From Candidatus Latescibacterota bacterium (GTDB taxonomy: Bacteria > Latescibacterota > UBA2968 > UBA8231), in assembly GCA_965204725.1 (NCBI GenBank), contig OZ242005.1, positions 1,920,001-1,984,000 on the forward strand: a stretch of DNA of 64,000 nt, written 5' to 3'. The translations under genes and the position numbers were made by a program. A model generated the notes under the pieces. It made no database searches. It was not told the origin of the DNA and saw only the letters and a program-made list of their open reading frames with translations. This document shows, in pieces, positions 27,339 through 37,088 of this stretch (positions within the stretch are counted from its first letter, which is position 1; every line of letters starts with the position of its first letter).

Positions 27339-27911
27339 ATGCAAGGATTGGCACTCATTGATTTGGATAATTTTCGTGAGCGCGACAAGAAGTCTAAGGT
27401 TGATTTGGAGTTTGATACCGAGACGCTTGTCGATGACGTCGCTCGCGCCTTTGCAACTGTATTTCCGACTGCTCGTGAGCTCGACGTCCGTCTGTATGGT
27501 GGCTGGAGGGATGAGACCGGCTCGCCGAGCCACGAGGCATCGTGGCTATACGAGTTGCTGCCCGGTCTGCGCGGCCGCCGACATGGGCTGATCGTCCGCC
27601 CTGCGCTCGCAACGACCATGATCCAATTCCCAGAGTTTCTTCTGCGCGGCACCGTGCGAGGCCGAGGACGGAGGCAGCGACAGAAAATGATTGACGGCAT
27701 GATTGGCTGTGATGCCCTCTATATAGCTACACGCGGCCCGACGTACATTGGTATCGTCACCAACGATGATGACCTTCTACCAGCCACTCTCTCAGCACAC
27801 CGTGAGAACGCCGACGTGTTGGTATGGATGCGTCCCCGAGCCATCGGCTCAGCCGTCAATGACACGGGCTTACTGAACGAAGGGATGCGAATTCACCAGT
27901 TTAGGAGTTGA
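27339..27911 (+). CDS. NYN/PIN-like (LabA/DUF88-type) nuclease
   Basis: Acidic motifs IDLDNF, RLYGGW, QKMIDGMIGCD, VTNDDDLLPA; RBS GAGG. Confidence 0.75.
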   Translation: MQGLALIDLDNFRERDKKSKVDLEFDTETLVDDVARAFATVFPTARELDVRLYGGWRDETGSPSHEASWLYELLPGLRGRRHGLIVRPALATTMIQFPEFLLRGTVRGRGRRQRQKMIDGMIGCDALYIATRGPTYIGIVTNDDDLLPATLSAHRENADVLVWMRPRAIGSAVNDTGLLNEGMRIHQFRS

Positions 27912-27915
27912 TCTC

Positions 27916-30207
27916 ATGTTTGAAAGCTATCACAAACGTATCGAACTAGATCTAGCCTCTTTCGCCGATCCCGGTAGTGTCGAGGTAATTCCATCCGGGA
28001 GGACATTATACGCCGAATGGAAGATGCGAGGGGAGCCACGGGCGGCGACGTTTACATTTTCTTCAGACAGTGGTGTTAGTGTCAAGACCGACGACATAAC
28101 CCGGCCCCAGCCTTACTCTATCTTTCTCGCTGGTACGCAAATGGCTGACCTTAGACGCATGGCGCAGATGATAAGCCAAGCTAAGCGTCAGGAGATATTC
28201 ATTCCTACGAGAGCACACCGTACTGATCTCGACACCACCGATCCGTCTTCAGCCACAGAGCTATTGGCTAAACTTCTTGAACGCGACGACGCGGAGACGA
28301 CCCAAGTAGTCATGATTACTGGCGATGCCGGTACAGGAAAGACCCGTGTCCTACAGGAATTGGTTTTACAACAAGCCAGCAAGTATCTTCAAGGAAAAAC
28401 CAAGAAGTTATTCCTATACGTCGATGCACAGGGTCGTGCGCTAGCGCGGCTAGATGAAGCTCTGGCGACAGAGCTTCAGGACCTAAAGGTCAATATTACC
28501 TATCACTCCATTGCAACCCTCGTCCGCGTTGGATTGCTGGTACCGATCATCGATGGCTTCGACGAGCTTCTCGGTGTAAGTGGATACGATGATGCGTTCA
28601 GTTCTCTGGCAACATTTCTAGAGCAGCTAGAGGGTCAGGGCGGGCTGATTGCATCGGCCCGATCTGTGTACTACGAGGAAGAGTTCCGCAGTCGTGCTAG
28701 TCGTGCTTCTATAACAGGAGAACAAGCATGGTCCCACATCCCGGTCGAGATCGTCCCATGGGAATCCAGCTATCAGAAGGACTTTCTGAACGAACTAGCC
28801 AAACATAAGTCTATGTCGGAGGAGAATAAAGCGGCATTAAGCAAACGCGTCGACGAAGTATTCAAGGACAATGAAGCCCTCGCCATGAAACCGCTGTTCT
28901 TCGCCAAAGTTGTCGACCTGCTACTCGAGGAGCCGGATTTTTCCGGCGGCGGGGATCTCCTCAATGAACTGACGCACAGCTATCTAAAACGCGAACAAAA
29001 GGAAAAACTGCTCGACCGACAACAGCAGCCATTACTATCCGAATGCCGCCTTGAACAGCTCATGGGTGAGTTGGCCGAGGAAATGTGGAACCAAGAAACC
29101 CGCGAACTAGACTTCCGCTCCGTTCGGGAAGTCGCGGAATACGTTCTTTACGACGAGAAAGTACCGGAATCCACACGGCAAGTCGTTGTCGAACGGATGC
29201 CGACGCTCGCGTTCCTTGCAACTAATAAGAAGCATACGGGTATTACGTTCGAGCACGAGGTCTTCTTCTTTTATTTTTTAGCCCGAGCAATAGTAAATAA
29301 GTATATTCAAAACAAGGCCCTGCAGGTCGTCTTGAGCCGTTCCACGCTTCCAGAATTTGTCGCTGAACGTTTAGCTTTTGAACTACAGCAAGAGAGCCAC
29401 CTCTCAACACTCAATGACCTACAAAAAATTCTCGATCGGTTGGGTGACGCCGGACGAACTGAGTGGCACCGAACGGGCCAAGTGCGGGAAAACGCTGGCA
29501 TCGTTACGTTGGCGTTATTGCGCAAGTTCACGGATATCAATGGACCGAACTCTGAGATTGAGGGATGCACAATCAGCTCGGTTGTTTTTCCAGGGAGCAA
29601 TCTAGACGGCGTTACGTTACGAAATTGTACATTGGTCAATGTAGAGTTTCGCCGGACTAATTTGAGAACCACCAAATTCATCAAATGCACTGCAAATAAT
29701 GTTCGGCTAGTGGAACCAAGGGTACATGTCAATTCTACTCGTTTGGAGTTGAACGGACTTCGCGTACCCGAGGATGTATCCAGCATTCAAAAACTGAGCG
29801 ACGACGGATCTCCCACGATCTATGATCCGAGTGAGATTATCCATGTTCTCCACGGATGCGGCACCCCCGTGGAGAACAGCAGCGACGAGGAGTTGCACGA
29901 GGTCCCAGAGGAATTTCTGGAGCTGTTGAAAAAACTAATACGGGCGTACGAGAGAGCCAATCCCATCTGTATTAGTAATGACGAGAACCCGTATATCCAA
30001 AGGCTGTTGAAAGATCCTCAGTGGCCTACGTTGCGGGATATTCTTATCGAACACGGCATTGTGAAACGGGAGCATCGCGGGACTAGCGGCCGACGCAAGG
30101 AATTTCTACGCCGTCAGTTTTCATCTGATCAGATCATGTCGGGGATAAGCAAATCGGGCCGCGCCGATCCGCAAATTGCAAGGTTTTGGAACTCTCTTGA
30201 AGTATAG
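27916..30207 (+). CDS. NACHT/STAND NTPase with C-terminal pentapeptide-like repeats
   Basis: Walker A GDAGTGKT; Walker B IIDGFDE; ASARS sensor; winged-helix FEHEVFFFYFLA; NLDGVTLRNCTLVNVEFRRTNLRTTKF. Confidence 0.8.
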   Translation: MFESYHKRIELDLASFADPGSVEVIPSGRTLYAEWKMRGEPRAATFTFSSDSGVSVKTDDITRPQPYSIFLAGTQMADLRRMAQMISQAKRQEIFIPTRAHRTDLDTTDPSSATELLAKLLERDDAETTQVVMITGDAGTGKTRVLQELVLQQASKYLQGKTKKLFLYVDAQGRALARLDEALATELQDLKVNITYHSIATLVRVGLLVPIIDGFDELLGVSGYDDAFSSLATFLEQLEGQGGLIASARSVYYEEEFRSRASRASITGEQAWSHIPVEIVPWESSYQKDFLNELAKHKSMSEENKAALSKRVDEVFKDNEALAMKPLFFAKVVDLLLEEPDFSGGGDLLNELTHSYLKREQKEKLLDRQQQPLLSECRLEQLMGELAEEMWNQETRELDFRSVREVAEYVLYDEKVPESTRQVVVERMPTLAFLATNKKHTGITFEHEVFFFYFLARAIVNKYIQNKALQVVLSRSTLPEFVAERLAFELQQESHLSTLNDLQKILDRLGDAGRTEWHRTGQVRENAGIVTLALLRKFTDINGPNSEIEGCTISSVVFPGSNLDGVTLRNCTLVNVEFRRTNLRTTKFIKCTANNVRLVEPRVHVNSTRLELNGLRVPEDVSSIQKLSDDGSPTIYDPSEIIHVLHGCGTPVENSSDEELHEVPEEFLELLKKLIRAYERANPICISNDENPYIQRLLKDPQWPTLRDILIEHGIVKREHRGTSGRRKEFLRRQFSSDQIMSGISKSGRADPQIARFWNSLEV

Positions 30208-30217
30208 AGCGGCCTCC

Positions 30218-30994
30218 TCACCCCTTTCCCCCCTTCACACTCCACACCGCCCCGGTGGTGTACGTATTCCGCTCCGAGCACAAAAACTCAATCACCTCGG
30301 CCAATTCCTCCGCGTCCGCGTAGCGTCCGATCGGGGTGCCTGGGTTGCGCAGGTGCGCCTCGTCAAAGCGCGGTACCACCATGTCGGTCAACGCCCGCCC
30401 CGGCTCGACGCCATTGACGAACACCCCCTGCCGCGGCCAAGCATCGCCTAGCGCCTGAATAAACGACCAAACCGCCCCCTTGGACACCGAGTACGGCACC
30501 TGATTGGGGCTGCCGTGGCGCGCCCCAGAGGAAATCGTCACGCAGCGCCCCCACTCTCGTGCGAGCATGTGCGGGACCGCCGCCTGATGCGCGTAGTACA
30601 CCCCGTGAACATTGATCTGCATGACCTTGGCAAACTGCGCGGCTGGTTGCTCGAAAAAGGGCTTTTCCCACCCCAAGACCCCGGCGCTGCACACCAGAAT
30701 ATCCAGCCGCCCAAAAGCCGCCACCGCTTGGGCCACCGCCGCGTGTACCTGCCCCTCGTCGCTCACGTCCGCCTCGACGAAGAGCGCCTGCTGCCCCATG
30801 GCCTCAATCTCGCGCACCCGCGCCCGCGCCGGTTCGGCCTGCACATCGATAATAGCAACGTGCCGGCCGGCCTCGGCCAAGCGCAACGCGGTCGCCCCCC
30901 CGATGCCGCGGGCACCCCCGGTAATCAGGGCTACCCGTTGTTCCACAGGTGCTGCAAATCGCAAATGTGCCATACCATCCTTCCTTGCTTGCAC
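30218..30994 (-). CDS. SDR-family oxidoreductase
   Basis: TGGARGIG, DILVCSAG, YSVSK; the start may be the second Met (MAHLRF). Confidence 0.9.
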   Translation of the reverse strand: MQARKDGMAHLRFAAPVEQRVALITGGARGIGGATALRLAEAGRHVAIIDVQAEPARARVREIEAMGQQALFVEADVSDEGQVHAAVAQAVAAFGRLDILVCSAGVLGWEKPFFEQPAAQFAKVMQINVHGVYYAHQAAVPHMLAREWGRCVTISSGARHGSPNQVPYSVSKGAVWSFIQALGDAWPRQGVFVNGVEPGRALTDMVVPRFDEAHLRNPGTPIGRYADAEELAEVIEFLCSERNTYTTGAVWSVKGGKG

Positions 30995-31074
30995 GGCTTG
31001 CGCGGCCGCGCAGTTTTGAATAAAGATAAGTTATCTATCGCCCCTTTACGATTATAATATACGGAGCATAAAAA

Positions 31075-32202
31075 ATGAAAATCGCACAGATCGACTCCCT
31101 CCTGCTCGGCAACGGCTATGTCGTCCGCATCACCACGGACACCGGCCTAACCGGCATTGGTCAAACCGCCTGCTGGGGCTATCCCACGGCCGTGCAGAGC
31201 ATCGTCGAGGTCTTCAAAGACTACCTCATCGGCCAAAACCCCCTCCGCATCGAACACCACTGGCAGCACCTCTACCGCATGGCACCCTTCCGTGGCACAG
31301 TCGTCATGGGGGCCGTCTCGGCCGTAGATATCGCGCTGTGGGACATCAAGGGCAAGCATTTCGAGGTCCCGGTGTGGGAGCTATTGGGCGGTAACGTCCG
31401 CGACAAAATCCGCCTGCACCTGCTGTCGGGCGGAGCCACGCCGGAGGCCAACTTCAACGCCGCCCAAGCCGCGGTCGCCGAGGGCTTCACCGCCATCAAG
31501 TTCGACCCCATCACCACGGACTGCCACGACAAGGGCCAAGCGCGGATGATCCAAACCGCAGTCGATCTGACCGCGGCCGCCCGCGAAGCCGGCGGCCCGG
31601 ATTTGGACCTGATTATCGAGCTGCACCGCAAGTTGACGCCCATGGTCTCCTTGGCCCTCGCCGAGGCCCTCAAGCCCTTCCACGTATTCTTCCTCGAAGA
31701 CCCGATCCAAATCGACAGCATCTCCGCCCAAGCCCACATCGCGCAAAAATCCACCGTGCCCTTTGGCAACGGCGAGCGCTTCGTGTCTATATGGGAGTTT
31801 CGCGAGTTGTTGGAGCAGGGCGGCCCCCAGTATTTGCGGCCGGATGTGGCTTTGGCGGGCGGCATCTCGCACTGCAAAAAAATCGCCGCCATCGGCGAGG
31901 CCCATCACTGCGCGGTCGTGACCCACAACTTCTTGGGGCCGCTGACGACGGCGGCCTCCCTACACCTCGACGCCTCCATTCCCAACTTTATCACGCAGGA
32001 ATACACCAAAGGCGACGAAGCCCCGCACAACGCGGTCTATCAGTGCGCGTATCGGCGCGAGGGCGGGTACATTCCGATTCCCCAAGCCCCGGGCCTCGGC
32101 GTGGAGCTAGACGCGAGCTTGATCGACGAGACGCCCTACAAACCCATCAACAACGCTTCCACGCCGCTACGCACCGATGGCTCGGTGTCTTATGCGGTAT
32201 AA
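31075..32202 (+). CDS. Mandelate racemase/muconate lactonizing family enolase (galactonate dehydratase-like)
   Basis: SAVDIALWDIKGK, ELH, EDP, GER, HN, PGLG. Confidence 0.88.
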   Translation: MKIAQIDSLLLGNGYVVRITTDTGLTGIGQTACWGYPTAVQSIVEVFKDYLIGQNPLRIEHHWQHLYRMAPFRGTVVMGAVSAVDIALWDIKGKHFEVPVWELLGGNVRDKIRLHLLSGGATPEANFNAAQAAVAEGFTAIKFDPITTDCHDKGQARMIQTAVDLTAAAREAGGPDLDLIIELHRKLTPMVSLALAEALKPFHVFFLEDPIQIDSISAQAHIAQKSTVPFGNGERFVSIWEFRELLEQGGPQYLRPDVALAGGISHCKKIAAIGEAHHCAVVTHNFLGPLTTAASLHLDASIPNFITQEYTKGDEAPHNAVYQCAYRREGGYIPIPQAPGLGVELDASLIDETPYKPINNASTPLRTDGSVSYAV

Positions 32203-32227
32203 CCACCATCCCAACACAGGAGGTCTT

Positions 32228-32875
32228 ATGAACGTCCTAATTTTGTCCGGCCCCAATCATCGGTTTGCAGCCAGTGCCTCGGTCATCCACGGCTTTTTGA
32301 GCGCGCACGACGATCTGTCCGTCGCGCTTGCCGACGACAAGGACATGTTGGTAGCAGAAAGGCTGCGCGATTTCGACGTGCTGATCTACGGCACTGGGTT
32401 CACGCGCACCGAGCGGCAGGAAGACGGCACCGTGCAGCACGTGCCCGAGCTGACGCCCGCGCAAGAAGAAGGGCTGTTCGATTTTGTCGCCGGCGGTAAA
32501 GGGTTCGTCGGCATCCACGGGACTGCATGGTGGGTTGGCGGCAGGGCCGTTGACCTGCTCGGCGGTCACGCCAACTGGCATCCCCCGGGCTCGGCCTTCA
32601 CCGTCGCCATCACCGACCGCGACCACCCCGTTACGCAGGGGCTGCCCGACTTTGACGTGGAAGACGAGATTTACATGTCGGCGTGGGATCCGGCGATCCG
32701 CATTCTGGCGACAACCGCATGGAGCGGCAAGCAGCATCCCCTAGCGTGGGTCAAACCCTACGGCGCCGGGCGCGTGTTTTACACGGCGTTGGGCCACGGC
32801 CCGGGCACCTTTGAGAGCCTAGGCATGCAGCAGATGATGGCGCGCGGCGTACGGTGGGTCGGGGGACGCCTATAA
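32228..32875 (+). CDS. ThuA-domain (class I GATase-like) protein
   Basis: GKGFVGIHG, DHPVTQGL, DEIY, YGAGRVFYTALGH; RBS GGAGG. Confidence 0.85.
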   Translation: MNVLILSGPNHRFAASASVIHGFLSAHDDLSVALADDKDMLVAERLRDFDVLIYGTGFTRTERQEDGTVQHVPELTPAQEEGLFDFVAGGKGFVGIHGTAWWVGGRAVDLLGGHANWHPPGSAFTVAITDRDHPVTQGLPDFDVEDEIYMSAWDPAIRILATTAWSGKQHPLAWVKPYGAGRVFYTALGHGPGTFESLGMQQMMARGVRWVGGRL

Positions 32876-32899
32876 AAACCCGCCCCGCGCGTCCGACCA

Positions 32900-33036
32900 C
32901 TGCCCACAGCGGATTTCGTGTCGGTCTGATCGACAAAGCCACCGCAATAGGGGCTATCTGCGTCCAGCACTTGGCGCGTTAGCACACCCTCGACCTGCTG
33001 GTCTAGCTCGCCGACGAGCGGCGCGTACGCAATCAC
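32900..33036 (-). pseudogene. Probable 5' remnant of a gene coupled to the Gfo/Idh/MocA ORF
   Basis: GTGA overlap with the upstream stop; protein-like start (MIAYAPLVGELDQQVEGVLTRQVLDADSPYCGGFV) that runs into the antisense of the ThuA gene. Confidence 0.4.
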
Positions 33037-33998
33037 GACCGCTTCGGTTTCAGCGACCGATACGCCGCTTCTGTAAACTTGGCTACTGCCACGGCAAAAT
33101 CTGCCCGCTCATAGCCCTTGCCGCCGTTGCGAATCCAGCGCAAAAAGGCCGCGTCCGGCGTGTCCTCCCGCACTCGTTTCGGCACCTCCAACGGCTCCCC
33201 GTTCAACAACACTTCTCGCACCCGCCACTGGTGTAGATGAAAGACCAAGGTCCCTTCGTCGCCGTGGATGGCCAGCCGCTCGTCGTGCCGGCTCGCGCTG
33301 CCGACAAAGCTCAGCGACCCCAGCGCACCGCCGCGAAACCGCGCATTGACCACGGCATCCATATCCACTCGCTTGCCCCGCTTGTCCATGAAGGCCGCGA
33401 CCTGTACCGGCGTCAAGCCGGTAATCCACAGCACCGCGGCCACCAAGTGACTGCCGGTGTCCATGAACATCCCGCCCCCGGCAAGCTCGGGCACCATCCG
33501 CCAGCCCTTGCCGCCCCAGTTTTGCGTCACGTACGCGACGACCCCCTTGATCTGGCCGAGGACGCCCTTCTGCACCAACTCCCGCGCATACGCATACTCC
33601 GGGTAAAAATTGCGCTGATAGCTGACGACCAACACACGCTCCCGCTCGGCCGCCAGATCGACTAGGGCTTGGGCGTGCCGCGCCTTGGTCGTCAGGGGTT
33701 TTTCGACCAAAACGTGTAGATCGCGCTCTAGCGCGTAGCGCACCTGTGCGTAGTGGGTCGAATGCGGCGAAGAGATCAACACCCCGTCGAGCGCGTCTGC
33801 GCCGATCATCTGCCGGTAGTCGGCGTAGTACGCAGCTTCCGCGCCCCACGCTTTTAGCACTTGCCGAGCCGACGCCTCCGCCGGGTCGGCGACCGCCACC
33901 AACTCGACGCGCCCATCGGCTTGCAGCCGGGGAATGTGGGCACCGCGCATGTTGCCGCCACAGCCGATTAGGCCGACGCAAATTTTCTTTTTTGCCAT
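33033..33998 (-). CDS. Gfo/Idh/MocA-family oxidoreductase
   Basis: VGLIGCG, HVLVEKP, GGGMFMDTGSH. Confidence 0.9.
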   Translation of the reverse strand: MAKKKICVGLIGCGGNMRGAHIPRLQADGRVELVAVADPAEASARQVLKAWGAEAAYYADYRQMIGADALDGVLISSPHSTHYAQVRYALERDLHVLVEKPLTTKARHAQALVDLAAERERVLVVSYQRNFYPEYAYARELVQKGVLGQIKGVVAYVTQNWGGKGWRMVPELAGGGMFMDTGSHLVAAVLWITGLTPVQVAAFMDKRGKRVDMDAVVNARFRGGALGSLSFVGSASRHDERLAIHGDEGTLVFHLHQWRVREVLLNGEPLEVPKRVREDTPDAAFLRWIRNGGKGYERADFAVAVAKFTEAAYRSLKPKRS

Positions 33999-34076
33999 TG
34001 CGTTCCTCTCCGTTCACTAGGTTAATTGCATCTCAGGTCAAACAGCGGCGCGAATTGGATTAAACAGGGGTGACCA

Positions 34077-35357
34077 TCACGCCAAGTCCTCCAGCCAAGC
34101 CAGCACCTTCTCCTTTTGCTGCTCCTCAAATTCTGGAGCCAGATACTGATCGATAACTCGTCGCGTCACCAGATCACCAAGACGACCGCGCTCCAAGAAC
34201 TCATCGTATCGGGGCAGTTCGTCGAGCCGAACGAGGCCGGCACTCTTATTCTCGTCGTCCCAAGTGCATACGACCACTCCGTCTAGCTGTTCTCGCGTGA
34301 GGAAGTTCATAGTAGCTGGATTGTGGGTGGTTACTAAAACGTTCAACTGGCGATTCTGTGCAACTTCGGCAATCGCCGCAGTGAGGACCTCAACTCGACT
34401 GGGATGCAGCCCATTATCAAACTCCTCAATAACGATGCGAGAGCCTTCGGCGACCGTCTCAAATGCGGTGAGAATCGCCAGTGTTCGCAGAGTTCCATCG
34501 GACAGAACGCGCGCATCAACCTTGTATCCCGAACGCTCCTGAAAGCCAAAAATCACGTCTCCCAAATCCGTCAGCGTGAAGTCGAAATTCTGGTATGGCT
34601 CGTCAGGCAACAGACGAATTTTCTCGAGGAGTCGCTGTAAAATCGCCCGCTGATCGTCATCTCCCGTGCTGAGTCCATACAAAACGGCCGACAGATTGGA
34701 TCCATTCCTCTTCAGAATGGTGTCGCCAACGCGCTCGTAGTTGTGCATTAGCTTGGGATCGGGATCAAAGACAAAAGACGCTTGTAGGTACGACATGATG
34801 CCTACAAACCCAAGGCTCTCTGTGTATTTTCTATTCTTCGAGGCGACAAATTCTCGATATTGCGATAGCACGGATCGATCCGAGGCCACCTGTACTCGTG
34901 GTTTCCTGCCGCCTCGTGCGAAATTGTCGTATTGGACCGTGAGGTCTCGGGATGTAGAACCTAGCAGGTTGGGTTGGGTCTCATATAGCGTTCGGTTTCC
35001 AACTTTGAGTTTCTCACCGATAATCTGTGGATGCGGTCGGGTACAGATTTCAACTTCGTACAGAAGAGATAATCGCTGGCCTTCTGGTCCTATATATACT
35101 GAAAAACCTAGCTGGAACCGATCTTTCCCCTCCCGCCCACAAGCCTGCAATCCGCCCCGTACTTCGAGACCACCACTTCCCCTCCCAAGGTCGCTGATCT
35201 CGTAGAGCGGCTGACCACGGGCGACGAAAGACAGCAGTTCAATAGCCTCAATGACATTGCTCTTTCCCGATCCATTGGGGCCGATTAACAGACTGAACCG
35301 CCTGAGCAGGTCAATCTGGGCATTGGCGAATCCCTTGTAGTCCCCTAGATGGTGCAT
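34077..35357 (-). CDS. AAA_21 / AbiEii-like ABC ATPase
   Basis: GPNGSGKSN, LSDGTLR, IEEFDNGLHP, TTHNP. Confidence 0.85.
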   Translation of the reverse strand: MHHLGDYKGFANAQIDLLRRFSLLIGPNGSGKSNVIEAIELLSFVARGQPLYEISDLGRGSGGLEVRGGLQACGREGKDRFQLGFSVYIGPEGQRLSLLYEVEICTRPHPQIIGEKLKVGNRTLYETQPNLLGSTSRDLTVQYDNFARGGRKPRVQVASDRSVLSQYREFVASKNRKYTESLGFVGIMSYLQASFVFDPDPKLMHNYERVGDTILKRNGSNLSAVLYGLSTGDDDQRAILQRLLEKIRLLPDEPYQNFDFTLTDLGDVIFGFQERSGYKVDARVLSDGTLRTLAILTAFETVAEGSRIVIEEFDNGLHPSRVEVLTAAIAEVAQNRQLNVLVTTHNPATMNFLTREQLDGVVVCTWDDENKSAGLVRLDELPRYDEFLERGRLGDLVTRRVIDQYLAPEFEEQQKEKVLAWLEDLA

Positions 35358-36235
35358 GTAGTCGCTCTCTTGAAAAGTGCGTCCCCCAAGCGTTCTATGG
35401 ATAGATCGATAAACTCCGGTTCGAGTTCGGTCCCCACGAACCTTCGTCCAAGATTCACGGCGGCTACGCCCGTGGTTGAACTGCCGGAAAAAGGATCGAG
35501 GATCAAGTCGCCGGCGTTTGTCGATGCCATGACGATCCGCTCTATGAGCGCGATAGGCTTTTGCGTAGGGTGTTTGCCAAACTTCTTTTCTGCGCCATTA
35601 GGCGGCCTAAACGACCATACCGATTTCATCTGTTTGCCGCGGTTTAATTCCCGCATCTTGGCGTAGTTAAAACAATGCTTTGACTTTTCATTTTTAGCCG
35701 CCCAGATAATGGTTTCCGTTGCGTGCGTAAAATAGCGGCAAGACAGATTAGGCGGGGGATTGGGCTTTTCCCATGTAATATCGTTGAGAATCTTCATTCC
35801 CATCTGCTGCATCGCATACCCCACAGAGTGAATGACATGTTGGGTTCCAGACACCCAGATCGTCCCGTCGGGTTTCAATGCGCTTTGACACCTCGATAGC
35901 CAAGCACTATTGAACTCGTGATTTATTGCTGGGCCTTTCGATTGGTCCCACTTCCCCTTATCGACCTGCACCATTTTTCCTGCGTGGCAGGTAATCCCTC
36001 CATTTGAAAGAAAATAGGGCGGGTCGGCAAATATCATATCGAATTTGCCCTCTGGGTATTTGCCGATAATCGCATCCAAAAACTCGAGACAATTAGCCCG
36101 ATATAGCCAAATGCCAAATTCATTATCGCAGAATACGCATTGGTTCGGTGAGTATGCAGAACGCTCCATGACCAGCAAAGGCATAGGCGGGCTTTCTCGC
36201 GCTTGCTCATAACTAGGCCCTTGCTCGTGTTTCAT
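35345..36235 (-). CDS. Beta-class N6/N4 DNA methyltransferase (DpnA/M2.DpnII-like)
   Basis: FADPPYFLSNGGIT, WEKPNPPPN, HPTQKP, DPFSGSSTT. Confidence 0.88.
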   Translation of the reverse strand: MKHEQGPSYEQARESPPMPLLVMERSAYSPNQCVFCDNEFGIWLYRANCLEFLDAIIGKYPEGKFDMIFADPPYFLSNGGITCHAGKMVQVDKGKWDQSKGPAINHEFNSAWLSRCQSALKPDGTIWVSGTQHVIHSVGYAMQQMGMKILNDITWEKPNPPPNLSCRYFTHATETIIWAAKNEKSKHCFNYAKMRELNRGKQMKSVWSFRPPNGAEKKFGKHPTQKPIALIERIVMASTNAGDLILDPFSGSSTTGVAAVNLGRRFVGTELEPEFIDLSIERLGDALFKRATTCTI

Positions 36236-36299
36236 CGTCGTATCTGAGTTTGGTTTGAATAAGACCAGCGAGGGTGCCCCGAAGCAGCAGCACCCGTCC

Positions 36300-37088
36300 T
36301 CAGTCCACTAGACTAAACAACGGCGCGACCCCGCCAAACATCCCCGGAAAGCGGAACACGGCCTCGTCTTGGTCGCGGATGCGGGCGAGAAGGGCCTCGT
36401 CGAGCAAGGCGCGCTGGCGGTCGAAAAGGGCTTGCTCGGCGGCAACCGCGTACGAACCCTCGCGCCGCGCTCGCGCTTGTGCGGCGGGGATTGCAGGGTC
36501 GCCGGCCAGCTTTTTCGCCATGGCCGCCAAGAAGCGCTCCAGCAGCGGCCGATGCCCGCCAGCGGACGCTTGGGCCGCGGCCGCGTCAAACGCCGCGTGG
36601 CACTTGACTACGCGCTCGCGCCAGTCGTCGGGCACCTCACCATCGAGGGTGAAGGGCGCGGCGTGGCCCAACAGCGGCGTGCGGTCTTCGGTCTGGAAGG
36701 CCACGAGCACGGGATGGTTTTGCACAGGCCGGGCGCGGAACCGGGCGACGCTCCCCGGCTCAATATCGGCGATCGCGCCCGCGGCGAGCGGTTGGGTCTT
36801 TAGCCCGTTTGTGGAGAGCACGTCCAAATACGCCTCGGCGCAGAAGTGGGCGGTGATATGCTCGCGGGGCCGCCCTCGTATCCCGCAACGCCCAAAAGGC
36901 AGTGAATACGCCCAATGGCCATCGGTCGCGCCCGCGTCCTCCCCGCGCAGTTGGCGCAAGGCGCGGCAAAGGCGCTCGGCTTCGCCGACCGCATCCGTAG
37001 GCCACGGCACGACAGCACCCTCCGCATCCACCTCCACCCGATAAGGCACCCCGTACCCAAACAGCCGCGCTCGCAACGGATCGCCCAT
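36300..37088 (-). CDS. Hypothetical protein
   Basis: ATG overlaps the DegT stop (TAATG); host-like codon usage; no recognisable motif. Confidence 0.55.
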   Translation of the reverse strand: MGDPLRARLFGYGVPYRVEVDAEGAVVPWPTDAVGEAERLCRALRQLRGEDAGATDGHWAYSLPFGRCGIRGRPREHITAHFCAEAYLDVLSTNGLKTQPLAAGAIADIEPGSVARFRARPVQNHPVLVAFQTEDRTPLLGHAAPFTLDGEVPDDWRERVVKCHAAFDAAAAQASAGGHRPLLERFLAAMAKKLAGDPAIPAAQARARREGSYAVAAEQALFDRQRALLDEALLARIRDQDEAVFRFPGMFGGVAPLFSLVD

